DNA of 63,644 nucleotides, the filler included, from Folioceros fuciformis (lineage: Eukaryota), in the NCBI GenBank assembly GCA_049999805.1. It is 9 parts of 9 records of this genome, joined end to end, with 100 filler letters (N's around TTAATTAATTAA, not from the genome) between each part and the next. Parts side by side here need not be neighbours in the genome. Positions count along the whole stretch, not along the records: positions 1 to 7,395 come from JBNGIO010005616.1; positions 7,496 to 11,955 come from JBNGIO010005617.1; 7 more parts are not named here. One strand, given 5' to 3'. Within the stretch, counting starts at the first letter, position 1; each line of letters begins with the position of its first letter. The position numbers and the translations under genes are program-made. This document shows, one piece after another, positions 1 to 12,055 of this stretch. The notes beneath the pieces are model-generated. The model was given only the letters and a program-made list of their open reading frames with translations. It did not search any database and was not told the origin of the DNA.

Positions 1-480
1 TTAATCATTTAATATTATATATCTTTAATTAATATTAAACTAATCACCCAACCCTATGGCCTGGTACCGAACCTAATCCTTCCCAGCTCTGGGACCAAAC
101 CTATACCCACTCTTATAACCAAACCAACTATTTCTTGGTCAATTAACCTAATTAGCACAAAGAAAAATAGAAAAAATGACCAGAAAATAAAGGAAATTTA
201 GGGAAAATAAGTAGAAAAAGAAAACCAAACCATACCACTATTAACCCTTTTTCAACCAAAACAAACCACTACCCCAAACTTTGGAGGTTCACAACAACTA
301 TATTTCTTATTCTGGTACTACCTCCCACAAAGATATCCTCCCTACGTGGGCATACCTCCCTATAGGTAGCCATCCCAAAGAAGGTAACTTCTTTATAATA
401 CTACCCCTAATTATCGCTACTCATCTAACCTACCAAACCAAGACCAAACAAAACTGAAAATGTTATTAGCCGCTCCCTAC

Positions 481-1233
481 CTACTGCGGGTATTTGCCAA
501 AAACCCGCATTCCAAATGCCTCCCTTCTCAATTTTTTGCGACCCTGCAAACATCTAACGATGTTTGAGGCTGCCAATATTTCTTCACCTTCCATCCATTC
601 ACTCTTCAACTCCTTGAGCTGTACTGATCCGTTGTCATACACTCGAACTACCTCATAAGGCCCCATCCATCGTAGGCGAAGCTTCCCTGGAAAGTCCATA
701 TACCGGCTATCATACAGGAGAGCTAAGTCCCCCGGTGCTAACTCGTCCCGCTTCCGGAGTTTCGCGTCATGCCTCCTCTTCCTCTGTTCTTGTATGCGCA
801 AAGTCTCTTGCAGTGCCCCTTCCCTCTGTTCCTCGTACTCCACGAACCCCTCCAATCGAGCTAGTTGGCTGTCCTCTGCACTCATCCTTTCTTCCTCCAT
901 GATTCGGTAGGTTGGGATCTCAAACTCGATGGGCATCACTGGCGACATACCATACGTGAGGTAATATGGTGTCCACTTGGTAGTGACCTTCTCAGCAGTC
1001 CTGTATGCCCACAAAGCTGAGTGTAACTTAGTATCCCAGTCATACATATGCGTCACTGTCACCTTTGTCAGAATTGTGCATAGCAACCCATTAGATTTCT
1101 CTGTCAAACCATTGGCCTTGGGATTGTAGGGAGTGGTCTTGCGATGACGGATGTTGAAGTATTGAGTGAGGCGTTTGATCACCACGTTGAGGAAATGCGT
1201 TCCTCGATCACATACTAATTCCAACGGGCAACA
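481..1233 (-). mobile_element. Ty3/gypsy integrase C-terminal fragment
   Basis: DRGTHF...TTPYNPKANGLTEKSN core, ALWAYRT, and a GPY/F module (WMGPYEV). Homology stops at about 1233, where unrelated sequence starting TGTGGAGG begins. Confidence 0.9.
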
Positions 1234-1424
1234 TGTGGAGGCAAAACCCCGGGCACTGATTGCCAACGGGTTCCACCTTTAGTGGCCACACTTATCCCAC
1301 TGTCGTTGAGAGATTGGGTTTTGTTCCCACGAAGGAGCGATGAGGTTCCTCGATGGTATGTTCGGGCTATTTTTATGCAACTAATTTTTGGAAGTAATTT
1401 GCATGATTTTGAAAATTTGGAAAA

Positions 1425-1655
1425 CTCTTAGTGCTTATAAATAAATAAATAAGTAAAATTATTTTTAGATTAAAATAAATGGAGATTAATTATACATTAA
1501 AAAATTTTAAGATAAAAGATTTCATGGAAGATAAAAAAAGAGCTCTTAGTACTTATAATTTTTTTTAAAGGTATTTTAAGATTAAAAGAAATGGAGATTA
1601 ATTGTACATTAAAAATGTTTTGGATAAAAGAACTCATGGAAGAAAAAAAAAAGAG
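1425..1655. repeat. Degenerate ~118-bp AT-rich tandem duplication
   Basis: ctcttagt...aaatggagattaatt...tcatggaaga occurs twice, starting at 1425 and 1543. Confidence 0.75.
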
Positions 1656-2219
1656 TCCTTCCACAAGAGAGAGAGAGAAAAGAATAGGATTTTATAAGAT
1701 ATTGTTCTAGTTTTAAATTTGCATGGATCCGAATTTTGAAATGAAGTCCTCAACTGCACGATTTGCTATTACATCATGGCGTTGCAGGTCAACGACATCG
1801 TATCTTGCCTTCCTACCGCAGTGCCCTTCATCGATGAAGTCCATATCATTTAATTTTATTTTCTTTGCATTTATGATTTCACGCATATGCCGATGGTCGC
1901 GGCAACCCCGTAAAATGCCATAAGGCTCCTCTTTTTTCTTTTTTCTTTTGTGGTGCCACACTCTCATTTACATCAATTTTGTTATAATTATTTTCTTTTA
2001 TTTTATCATGTAAGAAAAGAAGCGCGGTAACCCGTTGCAACAAAGTCAAGGTGAGCGCTTACTTATGCACATGACCGCATTGCCACAAACTTGAACTTGC
2101 ATTATGAGACTCTTAAGAACATGAATATATTACAAAATCCAAGAGTGAACTTTGAAGTGCAAACATGTCAATCACATGTATGTGCATCCGCAAGCACACA
2201 ACACGACATGACACAACAC

Positions 2220-2351
2220 AGCATAAAATATGCAATGTACAAGCTGCACTACGTACTTATGCACCTAACATGGTATACCACAATGTGCCACACAAGGTAG
2301 CATAAAATATGCAATGTACAAGTTGCCCTACGTACTTATGCACCTAACATG
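2220..2351. repeat. 53-bp direct repeat, 79-bp period
   Basis: agcataaaatatgcaatgtacaag...cacctaacatg at 2220-2272 and 2299-2351, with 2 mismatches. Confidence 0.85.
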
Positions 2352-3346
2352 ACATAGGAAAGTGGCTAGTTACGAACCTTGCATGTTGAGTAGGGTGCAT
2401 TTCGTTTTGCTGCTCCATTATTTCCACGTCTGGAGACTCGCTCTAAGGATATTTGTTCCTTAGCAGGATTTGCTTGTTTTTGTTTGTTCATTATAGCATT
2501 GACGAGCGCCGCGTCTTACTTGCATTTTATTAAGCTTGATCAAGTCATCAAGACTTTGATCATTAATATTATTTTGTATTAAGGTTGTTTCTTATTATAT
2601 AGTTTGCTTGCTCTTTATTGAGCTTTGCTTTTATATTAGATTTTCCTTGCTTATTATTGAGCTTAATTAGTTCATCCAGACTTAAGGAGTTCATAGGCCC
2701 TTTTTCTTTTGGGTTGTGTAATTGTAGAGCGCGTTCCTTTTCTTGTTTCTTTAGATTGATCAAGTGTCTCAAGTCATCCATACGAAGCATGTTTGCATGC
2801 CCTTTCGGGCCTTTTGACTTAGGGGCTTGCATTTTTCATGAAATAGAATAGATTTGATTTATAGACTTCTCTTGTAATTGAATTATTGAAGGGATCTCCT
2901 TTTGAGTTTAATAATTTGATGTTCATAAAAGTTCAATTATAAAGACATAAAACAATAAGATAAAGATTAATTCAAATCATAGAACAAAATGAAAAAGCAA
3001 AAAACAAAAACAAACAATCAAGCACGAAATAGAAGATTCACCATGAAGAACAAGAACAACATGAAGATGAAGATTAAGATTAAGACTAAGATTAATATTA
3101 CGGCAAAAAAAAATGAAACCCTCAAACGAAGGAGAGAAAGAATAGCTCGAAAAGAAAAAAAAAAACCAAAACCAGAACCAAAAAAACTCTAAGAGGAAAC
3201 ACAAGTGAAACAATGGAAGAAGGCAAAAAGCACTTAGTTCAAACATATTAGAAAGAGAAGAGACAATAAAGAACCCTAAGAAAAAGAAGAAAACAGACAC
3301 AACAAGAGGAAAAGGGAACAATCCAAGAAACCAAACGCACTCATGT

Positions 3347-3548
3347 AGTTAGAATTGCGGAAGCAGATGCATCGAAGATGATCTATTAGCAACTGAATAG
3401 GTGGATACAAAGGTAGGCCTTAAATAGCGGTTTACGAAGGGGTGGGTCCTATAACTAGCCTGCCAGTTAACTAACTGTACTTATAACTAGGTCTAGTTAG
3501 ACTAACCAACGTGATACAGAACCACGTGGTCTGCCTTATATTCTAACT
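3347..3548 (-). repeat. 3' LTR of copia A (202 bp, termini AGTTAGAAT...ATTCTAACT)
   Basis: Reverse complement of 25490-25697. Preceded on the minus strand by PPT TCTGAGAGGGAG (3549-3560). Confidence 0.93.
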
Positions 3549-6500
3549 CTCCCTCTCAGACACGTCCTGGTTGCTGTGAACTGAGAGCTCCTAAATACAA
3601 ACGGAGATCACCGCCGTTGACGCCAAGCTTCAAACATCTTCAAATCAGCTATCACCAAGAGTCGGTCGTCCTCACTCTTGCAGAGCCTGTAGCCTACAGG
3701 ACCTCTCAAAGTAGAACACCACTCCAGAGACCAGAAGAGAAGCATGCCGTCTGCTTCGAAACACCAACCCAAGTGACGGAACATAGGTGTAGTGAAAGGT
3801 CCTACCAAATAAGTGACTTATCTAGTCTCATGTAACTACTACAATCCACCAATCCAAGCCCTTCCCTGTGGTAACAGTGTTTAAACTTGGGCAAGGACTT
3901 GGTCAGCACATCTGCTGTGTTGTCGGCGGTAGGTATATAATGAACCTTGACGATACCTCGCTCAACAGCATCCCTGATATAATGATGTTGTATCTCTATA
4001 TGCTTGGTGCGTGCGTGGAAGACGGGGTTAGCAACCAAAGCAATTGCTGACATGTTATCACAATGCAAAATAGTTGGCCCTTCCTGCTTCATACCCGAGT
4101 CTTCGCATAGCTTCCTTTCCCATTCAGCCTCCTTTGTAGCTTCAGTGAGTGCCTTGTACTCTGACTCTGTGGAAGATAAAGAGATGACTGCTTGTTTTCT
4201 ACAAGACCAGTTAACTACGAAGGAGTTGGCGAGAAAGCAAAAGGCTGATATACTTTTGCGGGTATCAGCGTCAGAAGCCCAATCTGCATCTACGTAGCAG
4301 GTGAGTTGCAGACGCTTCTTCCCGTTGGGTTTATAGCAAAGGCCATAATTGGGTGTACCCTTGAGGTACCTCATGATATGCTTGAGGGCTATCCAGTGAA
4401 CCTTTCCTGGGTTCTCACAGAACTGAGCAATTGCATTTACAGTGTTGAAGATATTGGGCCTTGTTTGATTACTCAAGAACATAAGAGTACCTACCGCCAT
4501 ACGGTAAGGGATATTCTCCATTTCTTTCTTGTCTTCTTTAGATTGTGGACATGAGGCAAAAGAGAGCTTGACACCGAAGGCACCTGGTGTGGTTGACGCC
4601 CTTGCATTCTCCATGTTGAAGCGTTTGAGCATACCAGCTACGTATCTACCCTGGTGAAGGTAAATAGCACCTGTACTATCTGTGTACATGCATGCCAAGG
4701 ATATACTTAACCTTTCCCAGGTCCTTCATCTCGAATTCTCTGCTGAGGTCAGCCTTGATTTTGTTGACTAGGTCTATGTTGTTCCCTGGAATGATCAAGT
4801 CATCCACATAGAGAGCGACTAGCACAAGAGAGCTATCCTTGCGTAGAACATAGATGTTAGTGTCAGCTTCACTTTGGACAAACCCTATTTTCTTGAGATA
4901 AGAGTCCATCCTCTCATACCACAAACGTGGGCTCTGCTTGAGTCCATAAATGGATCGATTGAGTTTACACACCTTGTGTGGGCACGCCTTGTCTACGTAG
5001 TCCTCAGGCTGATCCATGTAGATCTCTTCCTGTAAATGACCATAGAGAAAGGCCGTGCACACATCTAGCTGATAAATCTCTAAGTTTAGTTCAGCACATA
5101 AAGCAAGGAGCATCCCTACGGACACAGCTTTAACTACGGGTGAGTAGACCTTATTGCCTTGATAATCAACTCCCTCTTTCTGACTATACCCCTTAGCCAC
5201 TAATCTCGCTTTGTAGCGGATTCTAGGCTCAACTTCCTGGAACTTAGTCTTAAGAACCCATTTGCATTTGACGGTAGTTCTACCCTTGGGCAGGCTGACA
5301 AGAGACCAGGTGTTGTTTTTGATTAATGAGTTATACTCATCATCGACGGCCAGCTTCCATTTAGCTGCCTCAGGTCTGGAGTAAGCCTCCTGTAAGGTTA
5401 AAGGATCTCCCTCTGCAACATCAACACTTAAGGCATAGAGAGCATCCATAGAATCACCATAGGTTAAGTGAGCTTGATTAAACTCAATGTCAAATGGTAG
5501 GTCCTTCCAGAGATGCCTAGGCTGACGCACACGAGTGGGATATCTACGCTCGGGAGCAGCCAATGGCCTAGGAGGGGATGGAGGAATATCATGGGGCACC
5601 ACTTGATCAAAACCAACATGTTCAACATCACCTTGTTCCATAGGAGGGTCCTCCGCTACTGCCTCGTGGTCTATCTCCATGTCCCCCTCTCGAGCAAGAA
5701 CAAGGGGCGCAGGAGCGGGCTGCATGTGAGGAGCAAGACCAGCAACTGGCGGCACCGGACCTGCTTGAGGGATAGGAGCCACAGGAGGAGGAGGAGGAAC
5801 ACCAACAGCTGGAAAATGAAAGGGCTGAACAATGTGTTCAAGAGAGATGTCACCTGGGGAGCGGGGAGTGCGCGAGCCAGAGGAAGCACCATCAGAGACA
5901 TCAGGAGGAAGCTCCAAAGACGTCCTGAGAGCAGACACTATCTTGGCTTCATCAAAGGTGACAGCGCGCGCATAGATTAGAGTCCGAGTGGCGATGTCCA
6001 CGAGCTTGTAGGCTTTGCAATCATCACCATAGCCCACAAAGACCAGCTTCAGACCCTTCCGAGCACGAGCATCAAGCTTGTCGCGGTGCTGCGAAGGGAC
6101 AAGAGCATAGGCAGGGCAGCCAAAAACACGAAGATGTGAAATTAGAGGCTTGCTCCCATGCCAGCACTCGTAGGGTGTACGGCCCGAAACTGCCTTAGTA
6201 AGGACCCTGTTCTTAATGTATGCCACAGTAGACACAGCCTTAGCCCAGAAGGACTTGGGCAGCTGAGACTGAGTCAGCATGGCACGAGCCATGGACATCA
6301 AATCGCCATTAGCCTTCTCGGCCATGCCATTCTGCTTAGAGGTGTATGGAACAGTGAACTGACGCAAGATACCGCGTTGCACGCAGAAGTCGCGAAACTG
6401 ATGGTTGTTGAGTTCTCCCGCATTGTCGGACCGAATACATCAAAGTTTACGGCCAGTCTGTAACTCGACCATAGCAACAAAGGGTGAGAACACATGAAAC

Positions 6501-6762
6501 GAGTCACTCTTAAGACGGATGGGAAACGCAAACGTATATCGACTGAAGTCATCAACGACAGTCATAAAGTGGTTAGCCCCGCCTAAAGACACAACAGGGA
6601 GAGGACCACATAGGTCTACGTGGACCAGATCAAGAGGCACAGTGGACCGACTAGCAGGAAGAGAAGGATAAGGAGAACTTCTCTGTTTTGCAAGCACACA
6701 AGCCTCGCAAAGAGGAGGTGTTGAGAAAATTTGTGGAAGCTTATCGCGATACAAGTCCTGCT

Positions 6763-7172
6763 TGTTAAGCATGATTAACGTTGATATTAATTAGTGCTAA
6801 TCCAGCTTATTGAGTTTGTACTAATTAGTGGTAAGAGTGATTAAGGTTATGATATATATATATATATATATATAGCTTATTAGACTTTGCTATGTTAGGC
6901 AAAAGAAGTATTGTAGGGTTTGGTTGGGGTCATTTATCCCATATTGGGCACGAAATGAGAGTGCCACCCATAGGTCCATAAAAGAAGGGATGAACCCACT
7001 TCGTATATGTAGTCTAACTCCCTCTTCACTTGTATTGTGTTGTTTTTGTAATTCTCCTTTTTATTTGAGTTTAAGAGCCTTGTTATAGTGCTCTTAGTTT
7101 TGGGATTCTGCATCTTGCTTCAACTAACTTGTTTTAACCTCCTTTGAGCATGGCGGGGGTGACATCTCAACA
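6763..7172. mobile_element. 410-bp solo LTR inserted in copia A pol
   Basis: TGTTAAG...CTCAACA termini with 5-bp TSD CTGCT (6758-6762 and 7173-7177). Removing it restores the sequence seen in copy 2. Contains a (TA)n tract. Confidence 0.92.
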
Positions 7173-7395
7173 CTGCTGAGTCGTGGCTAGTAGCCTGGCT
7201 GGATTTAGATGTCCAAGCCGACAATGCCAAAGGAGAGCATCACCAGGGTGGGATCTCCTTGAAGGCTGGTCACCGTGAGAGGGAACCACCAGAGAGGCAG
7301 CCGCCGGAAGCACGGGCTGGCCTGTGAAGACATACAAGTCATGACGCAGACGACCTCTAGCAACAACCACACGAGGGTTAGATGACCGATATAGA

Positions 7396-7495
7396 NNNNN
7401 NNNNNNNNNNNNNNNNNNNNNNNNNNNNNNNNNNNNNNNTTAATTAATTAANNNNNNNNNNNNNNNNNNNNNNNNNNNNNNNNNNNNNNNNNNNN
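7396..7495. other. Artificial contig spacer (first of eight)
   Basis: Identical 100-bp N44-TTAATTAATTAA-N44 blocks at 7396-7495, 11956-12055, 22718-22817, 36992-37091, 49831-49930, 59574-59673, 60881-60980 and 62486-62585. Adjacency across them is not biological evidence. Confidence 0.98.
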
Positions 7496-8045
7496 AACTC
7501 GTCCTTTACTAGAACATGAAGTATTTTGAATAGCTTATGCGCTGGTTGACCGGCACACCATATGTTTCAATTGTTAAATATCAAGTTTCGCGTAGAAGAC
7601 TCACAATGTTTACTACATTTATTTTGGTTTTATTGACATTTGGTGAATAAATAATATGCGCATACATGTCGGTGGCCTTATTGTTTGTGAAAGAGATCAA
7701 AGGTAGATATGGGGCGTGGATCAAGACAAATTTAAAAAGCGCAAAACAGGCTTTGTGGAATCTGCCCGTCTAGGTTAGACCTTGTTATAACTATTCATGA
7801 GTAAACTCAATGTTCTTTTGTTGGAATAACGTTTCGTTATATATTTAATCTATGAGTATGCATCTATAGATAACCTAACTAGATTAGGGTTTGAATATAA
7901 ATACTTTAAGTTTGTGACATCCCTTATTCTGTTCATATTTTTTCCATTCTGCTCATATATGTTGGTCACTCTTCGTGCCCCTCGCGCTACACGCACAATA
8001 TATCAAGCTATCTTGATTGCTACCCAGCGCACTGTATTTTAGATA

Positions 8046-8057
8046 TGGTATCAGAGC
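8046..8057 (+). promoter_or_regulatory. tRNA-iMet primer-binding site
   Basis: TGGTATCAGAGC. Also at 16288, 25698, 46492, 52340 and 48752 (1 mismatch), and on the minus strand at 61814-61825. Confidence 0.95.
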
Positions 8058-8087
8058 ACCAACGCTGGTGATTATGCTGTAGCTAAG

Positions 8088-8636
8088 ATGCCGAGGAACA
8101 GATCGAGCTGTGGAGTTGGTGGTAGAGGAGGTTTTGTCAAATCCTTCTCTCGACCTCTCAACAGATCATCTGTGCCCTCAAGCATCCCCTGGATTGAGAT
8201 TGAATTGAAGGCTGAACGTGATCAACGAATTCTAAAGAATTATTGGCATTGTCAGAGTCGCAGGGACTTCCATTGTCAAACGCATAAAATTGCTACATCT
8301 AAATCTTGCAACAGTTGTGGCAGATTTTTGATTCCATATCACTTTGCAGCTAGGCCACCCTTGAGGCGACCACCTTCTGCTCCACAGTCCTGCACGAGGA
8401 ACACCAGCACATCAACAAACACATTACTGGATTTTCAACCTCAGATACAAGATTTGGAAGGTATATTGAATGCTGCTGTCCAGTGGCAGGAATCTTTTTC
8501 CAAACGCCTGGACTCAATAGACTGGAAGATCCACAAGATTGCTGCTAAGTTTTCCTCAGAAATTGATAGACTGACCAGGCAATTACAGATTTTAAACATA
8601 ACACTCCGTTCCTCTGATGAGGAGCACTCAGATTGA
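8088..8636 (+). CDS. Accessory ORF upstream of gag in copia B (182 aa; Cys/His cluster plus C-terminal coiled coil)
   Basis: Open from an ATG 30 nt after the PBS. Contains HCQSRRDFHCQTH...CNSC and the heptad-patterned IQDLEGIL...IDRLTRQLQIL. Confidence 0.65.
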   Translation: MPRNRSSCGVGGRGGFVKSFSRPLNRSSVPSSIPWIEIELKAERDQRILKNYWHCQSRRDFHCQTHKIATSKSCNSCGRFLIPYHFAARPPLRRPPSAPQSCTRNTSTSTNTLLDFQPQIQDLEGILNAAVQWQESFSKRLDSIDWKIHKIAAKFSSEIDRLTRQLQILNITLRSSDEEHSD

Positions 8637-8933
8637 TCTAACCTCTCTGGTTCTTGCCTAGGGATCGTGAGATGGAGAGGTTTTTCATGGATTGTGCTGT
8701 CCTTTCTGCTTATTCCCCTGCCATGTGGCTTCCCCTGTCCCAGCACAAGCGGTTAATAACCGTTTCTTAAATCTCTCTGCCCTAGGAAGAAAGTCGGCCG
8801 GTTAGTTTTTTCTGCTAAATCAACCATGAAACCCTAAAATGGGTTCTGTTTTTAAATAACTACTTACCTGTTTGAAATGAAGGTCTTGTCTATCTGAAGG
8901 TCTTACCTGTCTGATAGGAGGTCTCCCCTTTAC

Positions 8934-11900
8934 ATGTCAATTAGGGATCAACTCCTTAATTTTCCTGTGTCCCCCTACATCATCCGTAGAAGAGATCTAG
9001 GTTTTCTGACACCTCCACCTAGCCCTCCTGCTAGCCCACCGAGATCTTCTACTCCACCTCCTACTCCCCCTCCTGTTCCATCACGTGTGCTGCCGAATCC
9101 ACCCTTAGTACCACCTGTCACAATGTCAACTCCGACTTATACAGCAGAAGTTAAGGACAAGGAAAGGTTCAATGGAACCAAGTTTGAAGTATGGCGAGTA
9201 CGCATGACAACAACTCTGCGTGCAAGAGGTGTTTGGCCAGTGGTAGATGGCACATATGCCGAGCCTGTCATCCTTGTTGTTGGTGCTGCAGCAACAGGGA
9301 CCACAGTTACCCAATCTGATGTTGATAAGTGGAACACACTCAACAGCGTGGTTGTTGCTCTTCTGATCAATGGACTTGATGAAGTCCTGATTCCAGACGT
9401 GGAGTCTCTTACAAAAGCACATGAAATCTGGACTTAGCTTATGGGTACATACGCCGTAAAAACAATGCTTTCGAAGTGTGCAGCAAAACAGGAGTTCTAT
9501 ACTTTGAAGATGCGGGAGGGTGAGAGTGTGGCTGTCCACACTAGCAAGTTTCGTCACCTTCGCTCCCGCCTTGCTCAGTTGAACTCGATGATGACAGAAG
9601 AGGATGCTATAGCTCAGCTTCTTCTCAGCTTACCTGCATCATATTAGACATTTGTGTCACTTCAGAATGGACCTCTTGCCGTAGCAGGTCAGAATGTAGC
9701 AGCTGGCAATCCGGCTGCCATCACCTTGGAGAGTGTAATTGCTGCACTCTATCAGGAGGAGCAGAGCCGGCTTAGACACAGCTCAACTGGTTCTGGGAAA
9801 ATTCGTACCGACCGAGTTTTGTACACCTCACCTCAGCGTGGAGGTTATGGGAGAGGGCGAGGCAGAGGAGGAAGACCTTCATTTCAAGGCTGACAACAAC
9901 AAACCTCCACTGCTGGATCCTCTTCATCGACTTCAAAGAAGCCTGGTAGCTGTAACTGGTGCAACATACCAGGCCATTGGGAGAGGGACTACCGGCGCAA
10001 AAAGGACGGCGAGCCTCGTCTTCCCAAACCAGAGGTCAATTCAGTGGCCAAGGAGAGATCTTCGGCTAAAGGAAGCAAGGCTGTGGTGAAGATTTACACC
10101 ATATGTCTTTCTTCTTCTTCAAGTGATCCTGGCAATTGGTACTTGGACTCTGGAGCGACTGCCCATATCTGCAAAGACAAGAGACTGTTTAGCACCTACA
10201 AGGACTCGCCCAACTCTAAACAGGCTGTTTTGCTTGGGGACGAACAGCAATCCACAAGTTTGCCCATCAAAGGCTATGGTACCTGCCGTTTCCTGATGAC
10301 TGACAATTCAGTTTTGCATGTGCCAGGAATCTTGTACGTACCAGGCATGGCGAAGAACCTTCTCTCTGTGAGACTTCTCGCTATCCATCACAACCTGGAG
10401 TTTCGATTCTTTGGCACCACTTGTGAAATCTTCAGGCGCTTCCAGTACACAATGTATTGGTCGTGGAATACCCGATTCTGAGCTTTATTGTCTGGATGTG
10501 CTATGTGAAGTTACATCAACTCCTGTTGCCATAGCAACCACACCTTTACACTTGCCTGCAACCAAACAAGCCAAGTTGTGGCATGCCCGACTCGGCCATG
10601 TCAACAAAAATTCATTAATCAAGATGTCAACTGAAAACTGCTATGCTGAACCACTTCCATCTTGTTTCAAAGATTTACCTATATGCGAGGCCTGTCTGCT
10701 CGCCAAACAACGGGAGAAGCCTTTTTCACATGCTGGTTTCCGCACTTCTGCAGTTCTTGATTTAATTCATGCTGACATCTCTGGCAAGTTGCAGACTAAG
10801 TCGATTGGTGGCTCATTCTACTATCTGACCTTCACCGACGATTTCAGTCGTTACACATGGACCTACCCAATGGCAAAGAAAAGTGATACATTTACCTGTT
10901 TCCAGGAGTGGTTGCCTATGGCACAGAGACAGTCTGGTCACCTTCTCAGGTGCATTCGTTCAGACAACGGCACGGAGTTTTGCAATAGTCTGTTTGACCA
11001 GTATCTACAAGAGCGTGGTATCATACGCTAGCTCACAGTGCCATACACACCACAACAAAACAGTGTGGCGGAACGTAAGAACCAAACCCTCATGGGTATG
11101 ACTAGAAGCATGTTGAGCTGGGCAAATTTACCTGGAGAGTATTGGGCCAAAGCAGTGGTTACTTCAACATATATTCTCAATCGGCTGCTCACTACCTCTT
11201 TACAAGGCAAGACTCCTTTTGAGATGTTTTGGGGCCACAAGCCCAGTATTCTGCACTTCAGAGTTTTTGGATCTCCCGCCTTTGCCTATATCCCACAAGC
11301 TAAACGTCAGAAGCTAGATGATAGATCTAGAGCCCTTCTTTTTATAGGCTACAGTGAAGAGGCAAAAGCATATAAATTAATTGATCCTCTAACCTTTGCT
11401 CCAGTTTTAGCTCGCAGTGTCGTTTTTAAAGAGCTTGTTGATCAAGGATCTCCTATTACATCTGGAGTGCATGCTGATTCTGATTCATCTGAAGATGAGG
11501 ATACCACCTCAGATCTTGCTGGTTTTGACACACATCCAGTTCAATTCCCACTGGGGACTCTTGAAACTCATCACAATGCTGCTCCTATACCTGTTGTCCA
11601 ATCTCCTGCTCCGATAGCAGTACAACAACCTCCAGTCCCTGATCTACATCCTGATGATCCTGATCTGGATTCCCTTGACATTATCCAGGACCCTAAGCCC
11701 AACTTGGTGGCAGACCCGCTCCTCTTCCTGACCCTGACCCAGACCTGTCAAATGTAGAGGAGGATCTCCCACCACCTCCTACCATCCGAGCACCCAGACA
11801 TAACCCTGTTCGAGCGCGTCCACCCCCTTCTCAATGGACAGAACCCCCATATGTTTCTCATGATTTTCGGCCCTCTGCCCATGCTGCCACTCCGGGCAGT

Positions 11901-11955
11901 TCACCTCTCCTCCTCGACCCTATTTTCATGGACGCTGCATATGCCGGTCCTCATG
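8934..11955 (+). pseudogene. Copia B gag-pol, decayed
   Basis: Pro-rich N-terminus, then gag, protease and integrase motifs broken by stops and frameshifts. Confidence 0.92.
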
Positions 11956-12055
11956 NNNNNNNNNNNNNNNNNNNNNNNNNNNNNNNNNNNNNNNNNNNNT
12001 TAATTAATTAANNNNNNNNNNNNNNNNNNNNNNNNNNNNNNNNNNNNNNNNNNNN

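Larger units (their letters stand above)
3347..7395 (-). mobile_element. Ty1/copia family A, copy 1 (3' half: pre-IN, IN, RT, RNase H, PPT, 3' LTR)
   Basis: HCRLGH/CEAC zinc finger, D,D35E core (HVDLCGP...DNAGE...NGMAE), RT (KARLVAKG, LYVDD) and RNase H (DADWA, HARTKHIE) in copia order. Near-identical to 28854-31878. Confidence 0.97.
7819..11955 (+). mobile_element. Ty1/copia family B (5' LTR, PBS, extra ORF, gag-PR-IN), truncated by gap
   Basis: Probable LTR 7819-8045 (TGTTGGAATA start, decayed end); PBS TGGTATCAGAGC 8046-8057; gag KDKERFNG...WRVRM; CNWC knuckle; PR WYLDSGA; IN DISG/DNGTE. Confidence 0.93.

Noticed and set aside
1234-1665. Solo LTR (TGTGGAGG...CTTCCACA)
   Set aside because: No matching TSD and no PBS or PPT, so boundaries are unsupported.
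7440-7451. Recurrent TTAATTAATTAA palindrome
   Set aside because: Always centred in identical N blocks; it is an artificial six-frame-stop linker.
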